From: an uncultured Planctomycetota bacterium
GTDB lineage: Bacteria; Planctomycetota; PUPC01; DSUN01
Direction of reading: 5' to 3'
Assembly: GCA_964506385.1 (NCBI GenBank)
Contig: CAZDNN010000001.1
Location: forward strand, 1 to 52,344
DNA length: 52,344 nucleotides
How positions within the stretch are numbered: the stretch's first letter is position 1; each line of letters begins with the position of its first letter. This document shows, piece after piece, positions 18,256 through 25,834 of the stretch. A program made the translations under genes and the position numbers. Under the pieces are notes generated by a model. The model was not told the origin of the DNA. It saw only the letters and a program-made list of their open reading frames with translations, and searched no databases.

Positions 18256-18483
18256 TCAGTCGCGCGCCTCGGTGATCTTCGCCGTCCCGCGGTCGAGGCG
18301 CAAGGCCCACACGGTGACGGGGTTGTGCAGGAGCACGACGCCGAGCTTCGCATCGTAGTGGAGGGCCGCGTTCCGACTGAAGGGCGTGCGGCCCTTGCGG
18401 AACTGGTGCGGCTCGGGCAGCTCCGCGGCGTTGACCCGGGCAGCGAAGGCCAGAGCGAGGGCGACGGGTCCTATCCGTCCCAT
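18256..18483 (-). CDS. Small (75 aa) signal-peptide ORF with one Kelch-like motif; possibly a gene remnant
   Basis: GGAGGA lies 8 nt upstream of ATG 18483. The stop lies 3 nt before the fucosidase ATG. MGRIGPVALALAFAARVNAAE...HYDAKLGVVLLHNP. Confidence 0.35.
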   Translation of the reverse strand: MGRIGPVALALAFAARVNAAELPEPHQFRKGRTPFSRNAALHYDAKLGVVLLHNPVTVWALRLDRGTAKITEARD

Positions 18484-18520
18484 CGGTCCTATCCTCCGCG
18501 GGGGTGAGCCTGCTCTCCTT

Positions 18521-18653
18521 CCCGACGCTGGAGCATCGCTGCTTGTGTCCCGACGCTGCCCACGCTCCAGCGTGGGAGAGCGGGGTAGGCGCCTACTCCG
18601 CCTAACGACGCTGGAGCGTCGTCTGCTCCGTCCCGACGCCGGAGCATCGGGAC
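18521..18653. repeat. Cluster of REP-like inverted repeats
   Basis: Direct repeat CCCGACGCTGGAGCATCG (18521-18538) and CCCGACGCCGGAGCATCG (18632-18649). Hairpins or palindromes at CCCACGCTCCAGCGTGGG (18559-18576), GTAGGCGCCTAC (18585-18596), ACGACGCTGGAGCGTCGT (18605-18622) and GTCCCGA-N10-TCGGGAC (18630-18653). Confidence 0.7.
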
Positions 18654-18660
18654 GAGTATC

Positions 18661-18777
18661 GTTCTTCCTCTCTCCTTCCCGCTTGACTTCTCCTGCCTTC
18701 CTGGTTTCCTGAGAGTTCCTCTTCGTTCTCTCTTCTCTGCCTCTCCGCTGTCTCTGCCCCCTGATCTGTTCTCCGAT
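18661..18777 (-). other. 117-nt strongly strand-asymmetric tract (81% pyrimidine on +, purine-rich on the transcribed - strand) with nine GGA motifs
   Basis: Hand count gives 22 purines in 117 nt on the + strand. The - strand reads ATCGGAGAACAGATCAGGGGGCAGAGACAGCGGAGAGGCAGAGAAGAGAGAACGAAGAGGAACTCTCAGGAAACCAGGAAGGCAGGAGAAGTCAAGCGGGAAGGAGAGAGGAAGAAC. Confidence 0.6.
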
Positions 18778-20115
18778 TCAGTGGTATTCGGGCAGCATGT
18801 CGCCGTGGGCCTCGATGAGGTCGTCGCAAAGGGCGACGATCTGGTCGATGGTCAGCTCGGCTGAGGTGTGTGGGTCGAGCAGGGCCGCCTGGTAGATGGC
18901 GTCGCGGCGGCGGGTGAGCGCGGCCTCGACGGTGAGTAGCTGGACGTTGATGTTCGTGCGGTTCAGCGCCGCGCACTGCTCGGGCAGGTCGCCGACGTAG
19001 CAGCCCTGGACGCCGTTGCGATCGACCATGCACGGCACCTCGACGCACGCCGTGCGCGGCAGGTTCGTGATGAGGCCGGTGTTGAGGACGTTGCCGCCGA
19101 TGCGGTAGGGCACGTCGGTCTCCATGGCCTCCATGATCCAGGAGGCGTATTCGCCGGTGCGTCGGTGGGAGAGCTCGGGGTTGGCGACCAGCTCGTCGCG
19201 GCGGCGCTTCCAGCCCTCGATCTGCGCGACGCAGCGGCGGGGGTACTCGTCGAGGGGGATGCGGAACTCGTCGATGAGCTCGGGATACTGGCTCTTGATC
19301 CAGTAGGGCATGTACTCGGCGCTGTGCTCGGACGATTCGGTGACGTAGTAGCCGAAGCGGAGCATGATCTCGAGGCGGACCAGGTCCCAGTGCTTCACGT
19401 CGGGGTCCTTGCGGGCCTTCTCGTTCAGCCTTGCGGCGCGGCGCTTGATCTCTGGGTAGAGGTCGTGGCCACCGTCGGTGATCTCGAGGAGCCAACTCTG
19501 GTGGTTGATCCCTGCGATCTTCCACTGGAGCTTCTTCACCTCGTCGAGCATGCCAACCCGGCGAAGCAGCCCTCGGGCGCAGCCCTGCACGCTGTGGCAC
19601 AGGCCCACCGTCTTGACGTCCGTCGCCAAGAGCATGGCCCCCGTCACCATCGCCATGGGGTTGACGTAGGTGAGGAACCAGGCATCGGGGCACACCGCCT
19701 CGATGTCGCGGGCGAAGTCGAGCATCACCGGGATGGTCCGCAGCGCGCGGAAGATGCCGCCGATCCCCAGGGTGTCTGCGATGGTCTGCCGCAGGCCGTA
19801 GCGCTTCGGCACCTCGAAGTCGATGACCGTGCTCGGCTCGTAGCCGCCGATCTGGACGGCGTTGACCACGTAGTCGGCTCCGTCGAGCGCCTCGCGGCGG
19901 CTCTCGACGCCGAGATGAGTCGTCAGGGTCGCGCGGCCCTCGTTGACGTTGCGGTTGAGGACGTCGAGCATGAGCTTCGAGTCCTCGAGCCGCCCGCCGT
20001 CGATATCGTAGAGCGCGAGATGCGAATCCCGCAGCGCCTCGGTCAGCATCACGTCGCCGAGCACGGCCTTCGCGAACACCGTGCTGCCGGCACCCATGAA
20101 CGCGATCTTGGGCAT
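18778..20115 (-). CDS. melA: GH4 NAD-dependent alpha-galactosidase
   Basis: Start at ATG 20115, with AGGAG 8 nt upstream. Collinear with E. coli MelA as I recall it: MPKIAFMGAGSTVF, IADTLGIGGIFRALRTIP, YVNPMAMVTGAM, VGLCHSVQG, GINHQSW, YYVTESSEHSAEY, IPLDEYPRRC, TNINVQ. Confidence 0.85.
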   Translation of the reverse strand: MPKIAFMGAGSTVFAKAVLGDVMLTEALRDSHLALYDIDGGRLEDSKLMLDVLNRNVNEGRATLTTHLGVESRREALDGADYVVNAVQIGGYEPSTVIDFEVPKRYGLRQTIADTLGIGGIFRALRTIPVMLDFARDIEAVCPDAWFLTYVNPMAMVTGAMLLATDVKTVGLCHSVQGCARGLLRRVGMLDEVKKLQWKIAGINHQSWLLEITDGGHDLYPEIKRRAARLNEKARKDPDVKHWDLVRLEIMLRFGYYVTESSEHSAEYMPYWIKSQYPELIDEFRIPLDEYPRRCVAQIEGWKRRRDELVANPELSHRRTGEYASWIMEAMETDVPYRIGGNVLNTGLITNLPRTACVEVPCMVDRNGVQGCYVGDLPEQCAALNRTNINVQLLTVEAALTRRRDAIYQAALLDPHTSAELTIDQIVALCDDLIEAHGDMLPEYH

Positions 20116-20211
20116 TCGAGAAGCTCCTGTAGGTCTGCGGAAGCTCAAGTCTCCGGCGCGGCATAGCATACGCAAGGTCCGCCGCAGGTCAAATGCAGCG
20201 GGACGTCATGC

Positions 20212-20240
20212 TTGATTCACCTGAGCCTGCGGACTATCAT
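20212..20240 (+). promoter_or_regulatory. Sigma70-like promoter candidate for the TA operon
   Basis: TTGATT, 17-nt spacer, TATCAT. Lies about 80 nt upstream of ATG 20319. The consensus for this phylum is unknown. Confidence 0.35.
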
Positions 20241-20318
20241 TGGGTTGAGCGGGCGGGTACGTGTAACTGCGTTTGAGCGAAGCGCGCGACGAGGACCACA
20301 AGGGAAGGCCATAGACCC

Positions 20319-20501
20319 ATGACCACCAAAGAGAGAGTCGTTCAGGCCATTCAGGAATTGCCCGACGATGCGTCCATCGAGGACGCGATGGAGCGGCTGC
20401 TCTTCCTCGCGAAGATCGAGAGGGGGCTCCAGCAGGCTGACGCCGGACAGACGATCCCTCATGCAGACGTGAAAGCTCGGATGGCGAAGTGGCTGAAGTG
20501 A
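20319..20501 (+). CDS. Type II antitoxin-like small protein (partner of the RelE/ParE toxin)
   Basis: 60 aa, overlaps the toxin start. ERVVQAIQELPDDASIEDAMERLLFLAKIERGLQQADAGQTIPHADVKARMAKW. Confidence 0.65.
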   Translation: MTTKERVVQAIQELPDDASIEDAMERLLFLAKIERGLQQADAGQTIPHADVKARMAKWLK

Positions 20502-20785
20502 GGTGGACAGCTCAGGCCGCAGAGGACCTCGAGGCCATAACAGACTTCATCTCTCAGGACTCCTCGCACTACGCCAGTCTCTTCGCCATGGATGTCATTG
20601 CCGCGGCCGAACGCCTTGCCCGCTTCCCGAACTCGGGCAGGGTTGTCCCGGAGGCGAATGATCCCACCCTCCGCGAGGTCATCCTGGGGAACTACCGGCT
20701 TGTCTACCGAGTCAGGCAGCAGTTGGTCGAGGTCCTCACCGTATACCACGGCGCCAGGCTGCTCGACCCGTCGAAGCTCCGTTGA
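20489..20785 (+). CDS. RelE/ParE-family toxin
   Basis: GTG start overlaps the antitoxin by 13 nt. WTAQAAEDLEAITDFISQDS...FPNSGRVVPE...LREVILGNYRLVYRV....VEVLTVYHGAR is a typical ParE pattern. Confidence 0.8.
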   Translation: MAEVRWTAQAAEDLEAITDFISQDSSHYASLFAMDVIAAAERLARFPNSGRVVPEANDPTLREVILGNYRLVYRVRQQLVEVLTVYHGARLLDPSKLR

Positions 20786-20827
20786 GCCTGTCGGGCAGCG
20801 GGCCGAGGTCAGTTGAGTGGCGACGGG

Positions 20828-21022
20828 ATGGAAGAGGCGATGCCGGGAACCAAGGTTACCTACACCCTTGAGCACGGCGGGAAGTTCTACATCATCAAGC
20901 ACGTTCCCGCGCGCGTGTGTCAGGAAACCGGCGAGCAGTACTTCGCGCCGGAGACGGTCGAGCGCATCCAGGCACTGATCAAAGGCAATGCGAGCCCAGA
21001 CAGAGCAGCCGGGACGGAATAG
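20828..21022 (+). CDS. Degenerate YgiT-type zinc-ribbon-like microprotein (MqsA N-domain-like, Cys ligands mostly lost)
   Basis: KVTYTLEHGGKFYIIKHVPARVCQETGEQYFAPETVERIQALIKG matches the YgiT pattern (kvTYtle..g..vvienVPa.vC.qCGE.yf). Only one of the four Cys is retained. The start is uncertain (TTG 20813, ATG 20828 or ATG 20840). Confidence 0.5.
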   Translation: MEEAMPGTKVTYTLEHGGKFYIIKHVPARVCQETGEQYFAPETVERIQALIKGNASPDRAAGTE

Positions 21023-21025
21023 GGC

Positions 21026-22144
21026 GTGAGCGCGCTGATCTACAGTGATGACCTTGAAGAACCCTTCCGCGCCACCATCAGCGGATTGGTCGAGCGGACC
21101 TATGCGACCTATGACTCTCTCCGGGAGTACATGCAGTCTCCCTGGAGGGGTCGCCCCCTGGACATCCAGATCGTCGACGACGCGGCGCTGAATGCTGCCG
21201 TGACAGGGGATGGCAACGCCGACCACATCCGCATCAATCGTGGAGCGCTTGAGCAGACCTTTGGCACGATGCTGGGCCTCTTCAGTTCGCAAGCGTTTCT
21301 CCCTGAGGTCGGCGATCCGACAGCGGAGGAGACGCCAACCGATCTTGCCGACAGCGGATTCCCGGCGCTCCCTCTCGTTCGTTCCTGCGACCCCGATACG
21401 GGGCAGCGCGCCGTTCTCATCCCTCAAGACAAGCGACGGGCATCTATCGCGATTGCTCTTGGCGAGCTAGCACTCGAGTTCCTACTGTTCCACGAGGTGG
21501 GCCACGTCGTCGGTGGGCATCTGGAGTTGCTCAAGGCATATGGAAGCAGGGGCTTCATCTCGGAGCTAGGGCAAAGGTCCTCAGCCCCTGGAGAGCTCAT
21601 CTTCTCCCATGTTCTCGAGTGCGATGCGGATGCCTTTGCCTGTCACCACGCGCACTTCGTCTACACAGCCCGGGACGTGGGTGGTCCATTGCGCGAGGTC
21701 GCCGGGACCACGGCATGGGAAGCAGAAGACTTCGCCATGATTGCGTACCTCACAGCCGTCGGAGTCTTGTTCCGAGTGCTCTACCCTCGGGCTCCCGTGA
21801 AGATAGGCGCCCACAAGTCATCACACCCGCACCCAGTGGTCCGATCCTGTCTGGTGGCCTCTTCTGCCACGGCTCGCGCTCTGTTCAACCGGAGCATCAC
21901 GCTCGGCACCGTGGACAAGATACTTGGCGTGACGGTGCGCAACATCGAAGAGGTCTGGGCTGCCCTCCTCCTGCCGGGCCAGAATCCTGAGCCGGCGGGA
22001 GTTTGGGCTCGCAGTGTGCGGAACGGAGCAAAGCAGTTGTTCACTGCGTGGGGGAAGGCTAGACAGACGCTTGAGCGACATGCGCGCCTTCCGCGGCGCT
22101 GGGATGATTGGGACTGGTCGACAGGCTGGGAGGCGTCGATCTAG
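21026..22144 (+). CDS. Soluble HExxH metallopeptidase-like protein (M48-like arrangement), function unknown
   Basis: GTG lies 3 nt after the previous stop. IQIVDDAALNAAVTGDGNADHIRINRGAL resembles the M48 v.vvd...NAfa....i.v..gll segment. LFHEVGHVVGGH carries HExxH. Downstream ECDADAF. No TM helix or signal peptide seen. Confidence 0.55.
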   Translation: MSALIYSDDLEEPFRATISGLVERTYATYDSLREYMQSPWRGRPLDIQIVDDAALNAAVTGDGNADHIRINRGALEQTFGTMLGLFSSQAFLPEVGDPTAEETPTDLADSGFPALPLVRSCDPDTGQRAVLIPQDKRRASIAIALGELALEFLLFHEVGHVVGGHLELLKAYGSRGFISELGQRSSAPGELIFSHVLECDADAFACHHAHFVYTARDVGGPLREVAGTTAWEAEDFAMIAYLTAVGVLFRVLYPRAPVKIGAHKSSHPHPVVRSCLVASSATARALFNRSITLGTVDKILGVTVRNIEEVWAALLLPGQNPEPAGVWARSVRNGAKQLFTAWGKARQTLERHARLPRRWDDWDWSTGWEASI

Positions 22145-22193
22145 CTCGGCGTCCGTGTTCGCCTGAACCCCGAAGGAGCGTCCCGGTAGCGCC

Positions 22194-23159
22194 CTACCGG
22201 TAGTATGAACGGTACTTCTCCAGTGCGCAGCAGATGGCCTCGACGTTGTCGAGGGGGACGTCGGGGCCGATCTCGGCGCTGAGCCAGAGGCCGCCCTCAG
22301 GGGAGCCGAGGGCCTCGACGGCCTGGCGGACGTGGGCGTCGAGCTCGGCGGGGGTGGCGAAGGGGAAGAGCTGGCGGTCGAGGTCGAGGTTGACGCAGAT
22401 CCTGCCCTTGCAGACGGCGACGAGGTTATCGAGGCCGTTGGCGCGGATCTGGGGGTTGATGACGTCCACCCCGCACTCGGCGAGGTCGGGGATGACCTCC
22501 CAGATGTGCCCGTCGCTGTGCATGTAGACGCGCCACCCGAGCTCCTTGCAGCGGCCGTACATCCGCGCGTAGCAGGGCTTGAGGTACTTCCGCCATTTCG
22601 CGGGGCTGATGGGCAGGCTCGTCTGCATGCCCATGTCGTCGCCGAAGTACTGGAGCCGCTCGCCCGGGCCGTGCTGCTCGACCATCCGCTCGATCTGCCG
22701 CAGGTTGTAGTCGAGGACGATGTCGATGAGCATCTGGAGCTCGGGCGGCTCCTCGGCGAAGTCGAGCATCAACTCCTCGAAGCCGCGGAGGTAATAGAGG
22801 CGCATGAACATGAAGCCGTGGGGCGTGCCGTGGTCGCCCTCGGGGGCGGTGAGGGTGTGGACGTCGGCGCGGGTGGGCACGTTGTGGGTCCTCACGTAGG
22901 CGTCCATGCCCTCGGCCACGTTCTCCCACACATAGCCCCAGGGGTCGACGTGCTCGCCCTCGACGTAGAGGCCGCTGACGGCGTCGTAGTCGCGCTCGCC
23001 GACAGTCACGTCGCCGAAGATGATGGGATGGCGTGCGCAGATCGCGTCGAGCTTCTCGCGATGCTTCCTCCACGCGGCGGGCAGGATGCCGACGTTGACG
23101 GGGATGAACTCCGGGCCCTCGAACAGCATTGCCTTCCAGCGATCGTCGTGCTCGGCCAT
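22194..23159 (-). CDS. Uroporphyrinogen-decarboxylase (URO-D/MtaA-like) family protein
   Basis: Start at ATG 23159 (MAEHDDRW). TIM-barrel-like pattern with YMHSDGHIWEVIPDLAECGVDVINPQ, typical of the URO-D family C-terminal half. Confidence 0.6.
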   Translation of the reverse strand: MAEHDDRWKAMLFEGPEFIPVNVGILPAAWRKHREKLDAICARHPIIFGDVTVGERDYDAVSGLYVEGEHVDPWGYVWENVAEGMDAYVRTHNVPTRADVHTLTAPEGDHGTPHGFMFMRLYYLRGFEELMLDFAEEPPELQMLIDIVLDYNLRQIERMVEQHGPGERLQYFGDDMGMQTSLPISPAKWRKYLKPCYARMYGRCKELGWRVYMHSDGHIWEVIPDLAECGVDVINPQIRANGLDNLVAVCKGRICVNLDLDRQLFPFATPAELDAHVRQAVEALGSPEGGLWLSAEIGPDVPLDNVEAICCALEKYRSYYR

Positions 23160-23354
23160 CCGGTGGCTCCCGTCACGCCGCAATGGACGCTGGGGGGCGA
23201 TTATAGTGGCGTGCCGGCGCGCTGTCAAAACGCTCGGCGGGAAGTCAGGTCCTCCGAAAGGTATCGGACCTCATGAGGTGTGATATCATTCTGACGGGCT
23301 CGCGGCGACGACTGGTGAGTGGCTCAGCATGTTTTCGGAGGGGGGATGCGCGGG

Positions 23355-24359
23355 TCAGACGCCCCCGAGCGTGGCCTGGGCGAGGATGGTCTCGGCGACC
23401 TGCATGGTCTTGAGGGCGTCGGCGAAGCAGGAGGGGGGCTGCGCGCCGGTGGCAACGGCGTCGATGAACTGGCGGTTCTTGGCGCGGAAGCCGCCGTAGA
23501 TGTGGAACTCGTCGCTGCCGGCGACCTGGCGGGTGTCGTAGGCGACGCCCTCGGGGTCGCCGTCGGCGTAGAGACGGGCCTGGCCCTCGACCTCGGCCTC
23601 CACGCAGATGCCCGGGGCGTGCATCTCGACGTCGAAGATGCGGCGGCCGCTGGTCCACGAGTTGAGGATGTACCCGGTCGCGCCGTTGTCGAAGACCAGG
23701 GTGGCCGAGAGGAAGTTGATGTCGGGCACGAGCACGCGGCGGCAGACGCTCTGGACATCGACGACCTGGCCGCCGCACATCCAGCGCACGGTGTCGATGG
23801 CATGCACCCCGTCGTCCATCATGTGGTCGCGGGCGCTGAGCATGGGGCTGATGGCGCACTTGTAGAAGCGGCAGACGGCGTGGACCATGGGCCCGCGCTC
23901 GAGGCACTGCTCCCGCAGCCTCACCAGCAGCGGGCAGGCGCGGCGCTGGAAGCTGACCTGGGTGATGCAGCCGTGTTCGTCGGCGAGGTGGGCGAGGGAG
24001 CGCGCCTGGTGGAGGGAGATGCCCATGGGCTTCTCGATGCACAGATTCAGGCCCTGGCCGAGGCACCACGTCCAGACGTCGTACATGACGTGCGGCGGGC
24101 CGATGGCGTAGACGGCGTCGGGCGCGACGTCCTCGACCATCTTGCGGTAGTCGGCGTAGCGCTTCTCGATGCCGTACTGGTCGGCGGTCGCATTGAGCCG
24201 CCGAGGGTCGATGTCGCAGATGGCGGCGATCTCGACGTCGTCGAACGACGCGAGCGACGGGTAGTGCACGCGGTTGGCCATTGCGCCGGCGCCGATCATC
24301 GCGACGCGGGTCTTCTCCCTGCGTCTTCGCCGCGAGGTCAGCTTCTGCTTCTTCGCCAC
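23355..24359 (-). CDS. Gfo/Idh/MocA-family NAD(P)-dependent oxidoreductase
   Basis: GTG 24359 lies 9 nt after AAGGAG. VAMIGAGAMANRVHYPSLASFDDVEIAAICDID Rossmann N-terminus and EKPMGISL motif. Confidence 0.8.
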   Translation of the reverse strand: MAKKQKLTSRRRRREKTRVAMIGAGAMANRVHYPSLASFDDVEIAAICDIDPRRLNATADQYGIEKRYADYRKMVEDVAPDAVYAIGPPHVMYDVWTWCLGQGLNLCIEKPMGISLHQARSLAHLADEHGCITQVSFQRRACPLLVRLREQCLERGPMVHAVCRFYKCAISPMLSARDHMMDDGVHAIDTVRWMCGGQVVDVQSVCRRVLVPDINFLSATLVFDNGATGYILNSWTSGRRIFDVEMHAPGICVEAEVEGQARLYADGDPEGVAYDTRQVAGSDEFHIYGGFRAKNRQFIDAVATGAQPPSCFADALKTMQVAETILAQATLGGV

Positions 24360-24482
24360 GTTCGCGATCTCCTTGCACCCGTTCGGAGTGCGGCCTTCAG
24401 GCCGTATGGCGCTCAACGAAAAGGAGTCCACCTCCGTACCGATCGCATCCTGCCGCCTGAAGGCGGGACACCGAACGCGCGC

Positions 24483-25655
24483 TCACTTCGCGGAGCCGAG
24501 AACCTCTCTGGCCGCGGCCCTGATCTTGCGAATGATGGCGGTGACCTGTGGCCGCCGGCGGTCCGGGTGGTTGCCGATCATCACCGTGCGGTTCAGGATG
24601 TCGAGTGACGGGGCGCACATGTCCTTCGTGTAGTCCATGCGGCAGCCCTGGTTCTCGGCGAGGTTGTAGGGGTTGAGCGCGGGGTGGTGGGCGCCGCGGT
24701 GGTCGAAGAGCTGGTCCCACTCGGTGTAGACGTGGCGTCCGGTCTTGCCGGCGATGCCGCAGCCCGCGAGGGCGGCGAAGCGCGCGGCCTGCTCGGCCGT
24801 AGGCAGGGTGTACATGACGTGGGAGCCGCACTCCCAGTCCAGGCTGTTCGCTTTGATCGGCACCAGGCCGGTGTCGGCGGTTTCCTTGAGGATGCGGTGC
24901 TTCTGGCGGCGGAGGGCCCGGATCATGGGGTCGAGGCGGTCGAGCTGGGCGTTCATCATGGCGCCTTCGATCTCGGAGGCCCGGGCGCCGTTGCTGGTGA
25001 AGGGGCGGAGGTCCTTGTCGCGTCCGCTCCAGTAGAACCGGCAGCAGTCCACCATGCAGCGCATGCGCTCGGCGGCCTGGTTGGTCTTGGCAATGGCGGC
25101 GCCGCCCTCGCCGCAGGTCATGTGCTTGTAGTAGTTGAAGCTGAAGGCGGCGGCGTGGCCGATGGAGCCGACCTTCCTGCCGCGGTAGCCGCCACCGATG
25201 CACTGGCAGGCGTCCTCTACGACCAGGAGCTTGTGCGCGCGTGCGATGCGCATGATCGCCCGCATATCGCACACCAGGCCCCACATGTGGACGGGCACGA
25301 TGGCCCTGGTGCGCGGCCCGATGGCGGCCTCGACGGCCTCGGGCGAGAGGGTGATGGACTCGTCGATGTCCACGATCCACGGGATGGCGCCCGCGGCGAG
25401 CACCGAGACGGCGGTCGCCATGTACGTGCAGGCGGGCACGAGCACCTCGTCGCCCGGCCCGATGCCGACGCCCACAAGCGCCGCCGTGAGCGCCGTCGTC
25501 CCGCTGGAGGTCATCATCACGTGCTTGACGCCCAGGTACTTGGCGTACCGCCGCTCGAAGCGCCCGCACTCCCCCCCGATGTTGTAGCGGAAGACGTTCC
25601 CGCTGCGCAGCACCTTCGCGATGGCGTCGATCTCTTTCTGCCCGACTCGGTACAT
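24483..25655 (-). CDS. DegT/DnrJ/EryC1/StrS-family PLP-dependent sugar aminotransferase
   Basis: GGAGGA lies 6 nt upstream. FERRYAKYLGVKHVMMTSSGTTALTAAL, GDEVLVPACTYMATA, FSFNYYKHMTCGEGG. Confidence 0.85.
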   Translation of the reverse strand: MYRVGQKEIDAIAKVLRSGNVFRYNIGGECGRFERRYAKYLGVKHVMMTSSGTTALTAALVGVGIGPGDEVLVPACTYMATAVSVLAAGAIPWIVDIDESITLSPEAVEAAIGPRTRAIVPVHMWGLVCDMRAIMRIARAHKLLVVEDACQCIGGGYRGRKVGSIGHAAAFSFNYYKHMTCGEGGAAIAKTNQAAERMRCMVDCCRFYWSGRDKDLRPFTSNGARASEIEGAMMNAQLDRLDPMIRALRRQKHRILKETADTGLVPIKANSLDWECGSHVMYTLPTAEQAARFAALAGCGIAGKTGRHVYTEWDQLFDHRGAHHPALNPYNLAENQGCRMDYTKDMCAPSLDILNRTVMIGNHPDRRRPQVTAIIRKIRAAAREVLGSAK

Positions 25656-25715
25656 CGAGGTTCCTCCGATGCGAGGGGCCTACGGCTCAGCGGTACGTCG
25701 CGGGCGAGGGGGAGT

Positions 25716-25834
25716 GGATGAATGGATGGCTGGATGGTTGGATGATTGGAGGAGAAGAGCGACCCAGAGCGACCGCCCGGACGGCGGTTCCTCTCTTCCT
25801 CCATCCATCCACCCATCCATTCATCCACCCATCC
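25716..25834. repeat. Inverted arrays of tandem octamers: (GGATGNNN)x4 at 25716-25747 and (NNNCATCC)x4 at 25803-25834
   Basis: GGATGAAT GGATGGCT GGATGGTT GGATGATT ... ATCCATCC ACCCATCC ATTCATCC ACCCATCC. The right array overlaps the last codons and stop (25821-25823) of the deacetylase gene. Confidence 0.75.
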
